Shown here in pieces: positions 12,880 through 25,400 of a stretch of DNA of 64,000 nucleotides; the stretch's first letter is position 1; each line of letters starts with the position of its first letter. A model generated the notes under the pieces. It saw only the letters and a list, made by a program, of their open reading frames with translations, was not told the DNA's origin and made no database searches. The DNA is taken from contig NW_002060947.1 in NCBI RefSeq assembly GCF_000150275.1, forward strand, positions 3,723,309-3,787,308, read 5' to 3'. The stretch comes from Trichoplax adhaerens. Taxonomy: Eukaryota > Animalia > Placozoa. The translations under genes were made by a program, and so were the position numbers.

Positions 12880-13980
12880 TGACTACAGTAGGTATACTGT
12901 GCTCTGTATACTGTAGTACTGTACGGAACATAGTAACCATGTACAGTACAGTACAGTACACTGTAGATTCTACAGTCAGACTACTGTACACTGTACTGTA
13001 CAGTAAAACATTTGAAACGATTGCCATATGTACAGTATGTGAAACGGGATGGGAGTCCTGTAGCCACCACTTCGAAAATCAGTCCTAAAATGGCAGGTAT
13101 ACGTTTCTGTGATGAGATGCAATTTTAGGACTGATTTTGGAAGTGGTTACTTTTAGGGGCTCGATGATCCAAATCATTCACATTCAGAATAGTAGGTGTA
13201 TCCGTTGGTCTAAAATTTGCCACCAGTTCTCACCGGCTCAGCATGTCTGAGGGACTCGTGGTACAGTACTAAAAATCATGTCACCCTATGGCTGTAAAAG
13301 TATTAGGCTTAAAGCGACATTGGTTTTCCTTGCAAATGAGATCTGCCGAATTTAGCAACATCGAACCATACAGTACAGTACTGTGGAGTGCTAGCTTGCT
13401 AACCCAGTTACACAGTACTGTATGCATCAAACTGTCCGTTGCCGTGAATACAGTATGACTGTAAAGTATACAGTACTGTACGCGAGGACCTTATACAGTA
13501 CAGTACAGTACGTACAGTACGTACTACTGTACGTACTGTCGAGCTTGGAGGTTCTCTACTGTACAGTACATGTACAGTACAGTACAGTACACTGTACAGT
13601 ACAGTGTACTGTACGTACAGTAAAGTACTGTACTGTGCAGTGTACAGTACTCTGGAAGATACTTTTACCAGTTATGATCATTCTGCTTATTTACCTACTG
13701 TTATTTCTGTTCAGAAAAACAACAAACAACATAGAGTGCTAACTTACCTAACCCAGAATGCATCAAATTGACAATTGCTATAGAGTAGAGTATAAAGAGA
13801 CCGTTTCTAGGTAATTTCGAAACGACTAGACTGTACACTGTAAACAGAGAGGAAGTTGGTCTGCTGTACTGTACTGTTTTGTACTGTTCCAGTACACTGT
13901 AGAAGATTCTTTTACGAGTTCAAATGATCCTATTGAAGCATTTGTGGAAACCAGTGGGTACAGTACGGTACTGTAGTTGA
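12880..13980. repeat. CAGTA/TACTG tracts between RPL13A and sestrin (densest at 13470-13650)
   Basis: For example tacagtacagtacagtacgtacagtacgtactactgtacgtactg and gtacagtacagtacagtacactgtacagtacagtgtactgtac. Confidence 0.85.
13066..13147. repeat. Inverted repeat with 30-bp arms (28/30 match) and 22-nt spacer
   Basis: accacttcgaaaatcagtcctaaaatggca (13066-13095) pairs with tgcaattttaggactgattttggaagtggt (13118-13147). Confidence 0.9.
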
Positions 13981-14382
13981 CTCACCGGTGTGATAACTCG
14001 TCTTGATAAGCCACTAAACGCATCTTTTGACCATTACAAGCTGGCAGTCATGACTTTCAAGTGATGTCAGCGCTCACTGGTTGAGATTACTTGTAGTTAG
14101 GAAGTAATGAGTATCAGGAATTGGTAGGCGATCATTTGATGTATGCATGAGTTAGTAGAGAGATCCATCATTCTTATATTGAATAGTTGTCGTTCTACTA
14201 CAACACAACTTGGATAACGATTCAACAAGTCAATAGAATAAGGGTTAATTGTATTCTTATCATCGTCAACGTACGCACATACGGACGTTGCGGGTGCTTT
14301 TGCTTGTTCCATTTGCAGCTTGTTGTTTAGGTAATCATTTGAACTTGTCCTACTCTTCTTATCGATACCAACCACTGTGAAG

Positions 14383-17300
14383 ATGAAGATGGCCGATGAT
14401 ACTTTGATGTCATGCGAAGGTTTCGAATTGTTCACTGCCCTACAAAATAGCGATACAGATGGGAGACAGAACGTTATGCAACATATCATGGAGTTAATGT
14501 GTGAATGGGCTAGAAATACTCAAATTGATCTGGAGGACGAAACTAAATTAAAGCCTTATTTATGTACTCTACTAAGAATATCTTACGAATGTCCGTATGA
14601 AGAAGAACGTCTGAAATGTCAAGAGTTATTACAGGATCTAAAGGTAAACCAATAGCATTTTTATTGTCATAAGCTGAAATCGTTTGAAGTTGAATCATCA
14701 TGTTGGCACTAAACGATATTTGTGACGAAAGTATTGATTGTATCATACCAATCATTCAACGTTGGACTTCCCTTAAAATTGTACACTATCTGTCAAAATA
14801 GCCACAATCTTGCGCAGACATACGTTGTGATAGGTCAGTTTAGCTTTTCAGCGCAAAAAACAACCTACAATTTTATTTGAATTTTGATACCAAATGACTA
14901 AGGTGAAAAAGAATGCATTCGATAGCTAAATGAATTTGAAATGAGCCCATATAAAATCGTGTTAGTACAGGCTGGTAGATACTGTAGTAAAAGAATTGAC
15001 GAACGTACAATGACGAGTATTGCATCATTTTCAAGTCAATGCTCTATCTCGTACAAGTTTTTTTTTCACTAATAGAACAGCTTCTGTATAATGAAGATTT
15101 GAATACAGATTCCTTGGCATTAATTCATCATCAATGCTGTAGCTTCGACAAAAATTGGATCCAACATTCCAATCGAACTTATTATTTTAACCTTAAAGTA
15201 ATATGATTGAGGTTCTTTTGCTTTTTGCAGTGTATTATGCTACGTCGCACGGTGCACTCATTTGCTGAATCAGTAACTATGATTTGCACGATTTATGTTC
15301 ATCAAATTCAACCTATTGCATTATCACGACACTCCTGGGATCAATGTTGTTCTCACTACTACTCTTGTTATGAACATGAATTGAAACTAATGTTTTGTAG
15401 AATGCCATCATCATAAATAAATAATATTGTACAGTGCAAATAGCAACTCATCGAATCGTTGTGAACTACTTTGCACCATACGTACATGATATATATGTAT
15501 AATATCATGAAACCACTTACTGCTACATAATTACTGCTAACTTTCTATATTTAAATTTCTAGCTGTAACTACGCTCCAACGTATTACAAAAATCTGAGAT
15601 AGTTGTTAATACACAATGGTATTGTAATACTATATTGTGTCGTAATTGGATTTTTATTGATTTGTCATCCATTACAGAAATGAAGATTTTGAACTGACAG
15701 TATTAATATCTTAGTGTTGATACTACTGTCTACTGTATGTGCAACTGCTACTTATAACTAACCATCATGAAAATTGATGGCATGATAACTACTGATAAAC
15801 TAATACAGTACGGTATACGCGAAAGACACTATATAGTAATTTAAAATTTTTTAATCATGATTGTTTTGATCATATAGTAGAATATCACCCAATCTTCTGT
15901 TCACTTTATTTAAATGATTGCCATGAATTACTTGACTGCCTGTGATAATAGTTGATGGACAACTCTATTCACTTAGTTCTAGTAGAACGATAGTTATTCG
16001 TATTTGATTGGTAGTAGTACAGAACTAGCGATTGATTGATCAATTACGAGTACAGTACATGTAGTACTCGTATATAGTGGGACAATTGGTAAATGATGTT
16101 GTATCATATTTGTTTTCTTTAATTTGCAATCTCTCTCTTTTACAGAATGAATACCACATCGACATTCCTAAAAGATTACAAAACAGGCCGTCGAAATTTG
16201 TAGATATCTCGGAGGTATTTGATAATTTATTGTACTGTATACTATACTACTAGTATACGTGCTTGTTGGATGTTAAAAAATGTAGTTTCATCTACTTTTT
16301 TCAATGTTGACCACGGAAAATACTAAACCTAGTTACATGTATGAGTCATAATTATTCCTATCACTCGCTTCCATCTTGGTGGGTTACTAATCGTATGAAC
16401 ACTGCACCATATTTTATGTACACGATAGTCATTCTATAACCATATTAAAAATTTTCAATCACTTTAAGGAAGCAGCTTTCATTTCAATATGCCCAACGTA
16501 TTGGGCAAGCTACAGTATATTAGGCGTTTAAAATTTTGATAGGATATTTTTGCGAAACGATTTATGCTTAAGAAGGGTGGCCGCAATTGATATTTTAATT
16601 TATCTATGACAAGATCAGTGTACTGTAGTTTGATGATTGGGCGATGGATCGCTAGCATTCCGTATTAGCAACGATGTCAAGAGTGCCAATTTGAGTGGGT
16701 GATTTGAAGGACTGACGAATAAATTAATCGACTGAGTGATAAACAAGTGGCTAAATGAAACTTGTTCAATTTTGCTTCATAGTGTTGATCTATCCATAAT
16801 ATGCCATGCAATGGTCAAGATACACCTTGCATAATTTCCCCGCCAAATGATTCATCTTTGTCAGTTGAACACCATTAGCATGGTTAATCTGCATGCCAAT
16901 TTAGCATCCTATCTAGTCTTGTGAGCGGTCGATGTTAAGTTATAGCATTGCTATTGCCCCTTTTATTGAACGTTTCATCATTCCAATAGTGCGTTGGTCT
17001 ACCTACTATTCACACTCTTGCAAAATACGTACCGCTTCTGATTTAGAACTATATCAACATTATTCCTTTTATCTAAGTATGCATTTCCTGTAAGTTAACG
17101 TTAACATGTATTAAGTCATCCACTTTTACGGACATATGCACGATATATATACAACGTATTCGAGGAGAAAAGTAAAGATTTCACCCACTCATTTCTATGC
17201 GCCGTAACTTCCTCATTATACTGTACAACGAATCACGTACAATGGAATAATCTGTCTGTACACACTTATAACGCCTACTTTTATTGATCCGAGTATGTAC

Positions 17301-20300
17301 TTTACAACATTACATACGTTTTTGTATATTTTTAGAAGCGCACGGGACACGGCACAGGGCTTGAATTAATTCAATCCCTTTGTCAGTTTTCAGTGCGTGG
17401 ATCACGTACGATAGAAAGATCCATGGCAAAGTTCTTGTTCACTTTTACTGTTCATGCAGATCGATGTGTTCGTGAATGAAGGGATAAAGAATTGCAAGTT
17501 CTGTAGCCACAGTACGTAACAGTATCGTAGTTAACGAATGCAATGCCCAACAAGTTGACGGATCAATGTGACAAGGTTGATCAATTATATTTTATTTTAG
17601 TCTATTCGTGTGATGGATTACTATCGATTTTAGACTAGAGTATAACATCTTCAACAAATAGGGTTGATTTCTGCAAAATAGTTGGATTTAGTTTATTTAT
17701 TTTATTTTTCTTTGGGTTATTTTTCAAGTTCAAAGCACGGCATGTTCAATGTGAGAGATCTCGATCTTGTAAAAGCCGATAAAGATGATGCAATATCCGC
17801 TTTCGTTCTTTACTGCGCATGTTTTCTTGCTTGCCAACTTCATTGTCATTAATTGAGAGAGACAATACATTTCTACAGTACGCAGTACAGTACAGTGCAC
17901 TGTAGTCTGTTGAGAGAGATAAAAGAAAACTTTTTATACGTTACTCTAAACATCGCTCTGAACAAGACTAGCTGTAGCAGTACAGTACACGTACGTGACG
18001 ACAACGACTGTCATGAACTTCTAGAGGCGTCTGGAAGTCCGTGACACTGTGCACTGTAAAATTAGAATACCAAATACTGTAGCTGATGAAAGTTGAATGA
18101 ATGCAACAATAAAATCCTACAGTACTGTACTGTATTCAAGAGCTTCTTGCACCAGTACAGTACACGTACAGTACTGTACAGTACGTGACTACAACGACTG
18201 TCATGAATTTCTAGAGGTATCTGGAAGTCCGTAACACTATGCACTGTAAAACTAGAATACCAAATACTGTAGCTGATGAAAGCTGAATGAATGCAACAAT
18301 AAAATCCTACAGTACTGTGTACTGTATTCAAGAGCTTCTTACTATATTGTACTGTAGTTCACCAAGAATATACTGTGGGAGTGTATATCAATGACGCAAC
18401 ATCGACCATTTCTATCACTTTAAATCAGAAAATTCTCCTAGCAAATTTGTAGACTAAAGAAAGATACGTTTAACTTGCGACATTGTACCAAACTCATTTT
18501 ACACTGAAGAATCAGTATTAATTGTCATGTAAAGCTCGTTCAGTAGATCGAGTTGGCTGGTGTTAGTTATCGTAGACAAGTATGCTCTACAATTTGAAAT
18601 TATTTTATTGTTAATTTAGCATAGTGTACTAGATAAGAAATTATCGAGAGTAAAAATGATCAAATTGTTGTTATCTTCTACTATTCACTATTAATATGCT
18701 TATTATCACCTTTTGTTGTCATAGATTGAAGTGTATAAAACCATGGAGGAATCGGTAATTTATTGTTTTTCTGCTTATTTTACCCAATATAGAAAAAATA
18801 TTGTAGCTAGACTTTTACCCCTAAATAAGTTTGCAATTATAAAATAACATGATAGCAAATAGTTTCCTTGATAATCTCCTCGACATGTAATATGAATTCT
18901 TGGCCTTGCTCTACTTATGCATCTTATATAGGTTCAAAATCTTTTTATTGAATCCTACCTTACTACTGGTAGGATTACCAACATTGCAAGGGTAATGTCT
19001 TGTCATCCGAAATATATGAAAATATTCCAGGAAACTCATAATCAGTTGTTTTATGGCCCTGGACTATTACCTCATCATTGGAGGCATTACATTGCTATAT
19101 TGGTAAGGAAGGGCAGGCCTATCAAAGGAATCAAGCCTAATAATTTAGTTTACAATAATATGCTTATCACCATTTCAACTACATAAACTGCTTCAGAATT
19201 CAATCTATGCACAATGATACAACTAGAAGTGAATAATTAGGACATTCTCTGATATAGCTTTTAAATACATTTCTTATATGAATATTTTGATAGGCCGCTA
19301 GTAGGCATAACTGCTTGTATATGATGCAGTTACACGCGGAAGCGTTTCGATTATACCAGAGAGATATCCACTGGTTGAAAGGATTAAGCAATGCTTCGCA
19401 AAAATTGATCAATTTCGAGGATTTACTCAATCGTCTGACTTATCAACCATGGACAATACAAAAAGAGCACATCGATGTATGCAGCAAAATTACTACTTGA
19501 AAAATAATAAATAATCTATATAATCAATCACTACTCCCAATATGAGTATAGACAAGATTATTATTTTTAATTTTAACAGGAGCTTGTAGTAGGGGAAAGT
19601 GCTTGGTCTATTTCCGAATTGGTACAGGCTGTTGTTATTGTTAGTCATGTAGTGTCAGTGGTAGGATTTTATTACGGATGTGGAATACATGATGAAATTG
19701 ACTTCAAGGATGGACATACGTATTCTGAAATGGCTGCTAATGGAAAGAATGATGAGGATAATTTAGTTCATGCAATGAATCAAACCAAGAAAAAGCTAGA
19801 TATAACTGATGAAGAAAAACGTCAAAAATTACTTGCAGTCATGTCGGAATATAAAAGTTTACAAGAACGTCATGAATTACTATCTGAAGATAAAGTGCTA
19901 GAAGAAATTGAACTTTTCTTTCGACAAGAAAGTTAGTTTTTTAGGATTGATATTTATTTGGCGTATAATAATAATTAATTAATTATTCGTATCGCTACCG
20001 TACACAAATGATAACATAATTATAGATTGATTATTAAAATTGTTATGGATGCATAAAATTACTAGTAGAATTATTCATTATTTTAATCGCGCTTTTTAAA
20101 TTCTCTATTGTAGAAAATTTTAACGTAACCAGATATTTCTAAATACTTTCATATTAAAAGCATGTATTTGGTAATACTCAAATGTTGTTCATACATTTTT
20201 CATAGCTGACCATTTGGCCGACGAATCAGAAATAGAGGATACCAAAATTTCTATAATTGATAACTTTATGGACAACAGATCTATTGAACAATCGACCGAT

Positions 20301-21127
20301 TTTGCCAAATTAAGTTTAGAAGATAGACAACAGATGGCATTACGCACTCAAGTACGTATCAGGCTATATCTCAAATGTAATTAAAAAAAATATTTCATCA
20401 ACTTAAATTTTTATAATCTTGCATTATCTATTTAACAGGAGTTTTCTTGGGAAGATCAAGGATTTTCTGTAGTTAGTCGATACTATAACGATATTATCGA
20501 ATTACTGGATGAAAAATTTCGAATAATCTATAATTTAACTTATAACAAGTAAGACGATGCAATTATCAAGTGACTACCAGCTTTGCTATTATAGATAATG
20601 ATTTTATAAACTCTTTTATTGCAGAATGGGTGATACTACTAATACAGACACAAAAGTATTGAGAACAGCAGTCTGGAATTATATTCAAATGATGAAAGGC
20701 GTATGGGATGACTATCTCTATACATCCATTAACAAACTAGTTGCAACAGACTTCAAGCAGTATATTAAAATGGTATGAATTCGCTATTGAATGGGAAATA
20801 ATTGTTACCATTGCTATCATATTAATCTCTCGAATTGGTATACAGGTTGCATGCAAACCGGAAAAGACTTCCCAATACTTATTTCACTCCGGTGTTTATT
20901 TATATAATGGGTCCGAACAGGTAATTTTATCCTTGATATATTGAAAAATATCGCTCAAATATTGTATCCTACTTAAAATATAGCCACTAGACAGTATTTA
21001 CCTTGCTTAATTGATAGTCATTATGTTCAAATTGTAGGTCCATCTAAATCTGCTATTCCTGGAATCTCGAAATCAAGCACAACTCCTACACGCTTTACGC
21101 GCAATTATGCAGCATTCGCTTGCGTGA
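14383..21127 (+). CDS. SESN: Sestrin (PA26 family), long N-terminal form
   Basis: Exons from 14383-14643, 16146-16214, 18725-18754, 18932-19102 ... to TGA at 21125-21127. Motifs: [117 protein letters not shown]. Start is ATG 14383 or 14389. Confidence 0.95.
17978..18340. repeat. Two-copy tandem duplication (about 175 and 188 bp) in sestrin intron 2
   Basis: cagtacagtacacgtac..gtgac(g/t)acaacgactgtcatgaa..tggaagtccgt..ctgatgaaag..ttcaagagcttctt occurs at 17978-18148 and 18153-18340. Confidence 0.9.
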
Positions 21128-22498
21128 TGCAATGAGTGAGATGAATATAATTTTTGTCATAAAAGAAAAAAATCATAGCTACTTCTTGAATGGCTAGTCG
21201 ATAATTTTGCAGGAGTCACTGACTACACCACAGTAGTAATATCTTTAAAAAAAAATAAATACGATACTACTGTAATTTGGTATTTTGTCAATGCTTCTCC
21301 TCCCAAAAATTTACGTACAAATTTAACTTTTGTATGGCATAGTAATTACATTCTTTCAGCATGTATCTTTAAATACAATCTAATTTAAAATATTTTCACG
21401 TAACCTGAAAAATTGTATGATTTCAATTTATGATAGATACCTAGTATCTGTTATACCTTAAATTCTTTCTAATTCCAGAGATTCAAGAAAATTATTTTTA
21501 AGCTAATGTCTCCGTGCTATTAATAACAATCATTATGCTATAATTGTATTATTTTGGAAAATAATACAATAGATGCGTTTCACTGCATTGACAATCTTAT
21601 AATTTAAGATTTGAAATTGCTTTACTGCATTAATAGGAGTGAATTGGATGATATTAAAATCTCATAAATAGTTGACGAAAAACAAGTAACTGACTTGAAG
21701 AATAAAATTTGTAACCTAAATATACTTTCTTATAACAAAACTTATATATGTGCGAGCCGTTGCTCCTAAGTGAATAAGTACTTCTTATTATCTGTAGTTA
21801 AAAAAGGGGGCACTCTTAGAGCGTATTCGATACCGCTATGCATAGTAGTCTATGAAGGCATTACTATGATTTCAGATTACATAAAAATAATACAATAATA
21901 ATAATTGGGTGCTTCATCTAAGAAGGATATTGTTATTAATCGATGTTAACTTGGCTTTATTAACTGCCAGAGTATTTATATGCCGTACTTACTTTCTCGA
22001 GTGTGCACCGTAAAACTCACATTTAAGAACTACTATAAACTATTATTATTAATTACTATTTATGACCCTTTCATGCAATTTAAATGCAAGATATTATCAC
22101 AAAGAATAGATAGGCTTTATTACTATCACATGATATTTGATGTATTAAATTAAAATACTTGATATGTTAACGCCTGCCCAAAACATTACAAAAAAATGTT
22201 ATCAGCATTTGCATTAAAAAATGCCATATTACTATTACTATTACCTTCTACGTTAATTTTCATTATGGTTATACGAAAAGGCACCTCGATACCGTAACGA
22301 GTTATGATTCACTACGCTTTAAAATAAAAGTACATTGCAATATATTATGACCGTTAAGTCAATTAACGTATTTGTACGTAAACAGAAATTAGGTAATACA
22401 ATTCTGTTTATAGTACTAGTCAGAACTATGCAAATGCTGGCGACAATGTAATACTTGCATAGTTTTTATAAGTCTGACAATTGTCAAAGATATACGGC

Positions 22499-25400
22499 CT
22501 ATGGTGTCAGGCGTTTTGGATCACGCGGGAACATCGAAGTCTTCCGGATATTATCCAATCCAAGATATAACATCAGCACGCGTTCCATTCCTAATGTTAG
22601 GAGATAAATTAATAAATATAGCGCAATAAAATTTTTCAACATAGTACGTAAATGTTGCTAACCTATACCACCACCAGCATGAGGGAAACAACCAAATTTG
22701 AAGGAATCAATGTAAGCCTTAATTTTTTCCAAGTCTAAGTGAAATACACGGTACGATGTATATGACTAACTGAAATTGTCATAGTGGGGACTAAATTACC
22801 TTTCTAGTCAAGCATAATAAAAATCGTAATGCCTTACCAACACTATGGAGTTTAGCCCTTTCTGTTAAAAATTCGGGATCGTGTATTCGCTGAGCACCCG
22901 ATAAGATCTCTTCGCCCCTCATGAACATATCATACGAATTTGATTGTTTCTATAGTAACGATCATACCGAGTATCACATGATTGTAATATTAAACTTCAT
23001 CATAAGAACAATAGTTAGGAAAACTTACAGGATTATTTGGATCCGGCATAGTATAAAATGGCCTAACTGCCAAAGGATACTTGTCAAGCATATAAAAATC
23101 TGTTCCATACTAAATACATAAGTCAAGTAAAGTATTATTATCAGAAAAAATTATGATTAGAATCGTAAGCAACGCCACAATTGGTTAGGTTACCTTAGCC
23201 TTCACCAGCTTTCCAAGGAATTTCTCATTAGGAGTGCTATTGTTAATGTTAGACATCAGTACATTGATGATTTGTTAAAGAACAACACACAATTTAATCA
23301 ACGATCTTTATTAGTGATGTTGATTAAAAAACAACGAATATGTGTTCTTATATACTGTATTACGAATAGTATCAGTTAACTGCCTTTAAGTATCACGGTG
23401 AGAAGAATTGCAAAGTTTAAGCAAAATCTTCATATACTAATGCTAGATTTACCTCAAATCATCTTCATCACCTATTTCTACGCCATTCTCGCGGAGCATA
23501 GAAACAGCTTCAGGAAATTCCAATCGGAGGCTAAGAATGATTATTTGTAATAAATAAAATCTTTTTCAGCCACGGTACAAAATATACTTCTTGATAATTA
23601 AATTTGTAGAGTTAAATTTATTACACAAATACTCACGTCGGCTCAATAAATTGAAAAGGCTCAGCAGGAAATTGCTTCATTACTACAGCTATTTCTTCAG
23701 CGAAACTAAAACGAAGTCATAATTTATACTTTAATTGTACTGCAGTGGAATGTAATTATAACTATTTTCAAGTAATTCTTTCAACTTACTTGTCTCTTAA
23801 ACCTTTAAATATAGAGATAAATAATTCACCGATGGTTTCTAATACCTAAACATCAGGTATTATTCGGTGTAACGATGATATTAAAATGAAAGTTAACGTC
23901 TGGAGTTCCCAACATATAACAATGCTAGATACACCATACCTCATGATAATGTTCGTAGAAAGCCATTTCCAAGTCCAAACCAACAAATTCGCATAAATGT
24001 CTGTGAGTATTAGAATCTTCCGCTCTGAAGACTCCTCCTACAGTAAAGACTCTGTCAAAGTCTCCTGCAATTGCCATTTGTTTGTATAGCTGGGGTGATT
24101 GTGCTAAATAAGCCTTTCCTACGCAACAAATTTTCCTATGTTACACCGAAATGTTTAAATAGGAAATGCCTTTTAGTTACTCCTTACCTTTAAAGTAAGA
24201 TACTTCAAAAACATTTGCACCGCCTTCACTGGCAGCTAGTGGGAAAAATATACACATTAAAGAATTGCATTTAATAATAATTTAAAGATATTGAGAAATA
24301 TCTATTGTAGTTATTAATAATTAATCAATTCACAAACCGGAAATGATTTTTGGAGTATGAATTTCAACAAATCCCTTAGAAGTTAAATGATCGCGAAATA
24401 GTTTGCATAAAGCTGCTTCAAGCTTGAAGAGAGCTTGATTAGTTGGTGTCTAAAACCGTAAGCAGGAATAGTACAAAGTTATCTATTTAGCTAATTGTCT
24501 ACATAATTTAAATTAATAAAATTTCTTATAACTGTACCCGTAAATCGATTATACGGTTATCAAGACGAGTATCTTGATTGACATGAGCCAAAGAACTATC
24601 CTAAAATCAATTATATTAAAGATTTTGTTGCTATTAAGAAAAACAGTACTATCAATGTTATTTGTCACTTATGTAGGAGCAGTAGTTAGTATCAAATGTT
24701 CTAAATAGAGAAAAATTTAAATTTTAAGGTTTTGTTAGAATACCTCAGAAGATTGGTCAACACTTCTAGAAGCATCATCAATTTGTAATGGCAATCTAGG
24801 AGCGGCAAGACTTGCAACAAACAACTAAAATAGCCAAATATATAAGGACAAATCAGTTGCAGGATGTAACTAATACAGGTAAATAATTATAACTTGTATA
24901 AATAAAGAATACGTATGTACGAGTATTCTCTCAAACCGTTACCTTATTGATATGTAATTCAACATCTTGTTGACTGCATGCTTCAATCTTAGTTGTAACT
25001 GCCTTGACGATACCTTCGACATCGACAACAGACTCTTTGTTTACACTGGTTAATAAGCAAAGTAATACATGCAATCAGTTAAGCAATAAAAATGTGGTGC
25101 AATAACATGACAAAGTAAAATGATACAATTTTGAACATGCTCATAGGATAGATTAATAAAAGCAAATAATTACTTCGATGCGAATTTAACCATGGCTTTG
25201 CTGACAGTTTCACTAACTGCTGCAATACCTTGAATACTGTAACTTTGTTGCCTTAAAACTAAGAAACATTGTTTTCCTATAATAGTGTAATATAAGTTAT
25301 GATGGTTAATAATTATTAGAATAATAACGTGTATTATAAATAAATTTTTCGTAATTGTCCATAAATATAGACCTTTGCCACGGCTGTTATGTAATCTAGC

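Noticed and set aside
13422-13742. Y/S/T/V/Q/C-rich ORFs (also 6627, 12677, 18062, 42281, 50480-50841, 53222, 53465, 63117)
   Set aside because: These are translations of the stop-poor CAGTA/TACTG tracts, with no protein-like features.
14097-14489. 130-aa antisense ORF over the sestrin 5' region (and its copy at 63646-63984)
   Set aside because: No recognisable motif; its recurrence only reflects the duplication.
17720-17750. p53 response element in sestrin intron 2
   Set aside because: Only imperfect half-sites (CAAG, CATG cores) with mismatches and wrong spacing.
18083-18120. Hammerhead ribozyme core CTGATGA in the duplicated intron unit (also at about 5152)
   Set aside because: No stem II closed by GAAA and no stems I/III.
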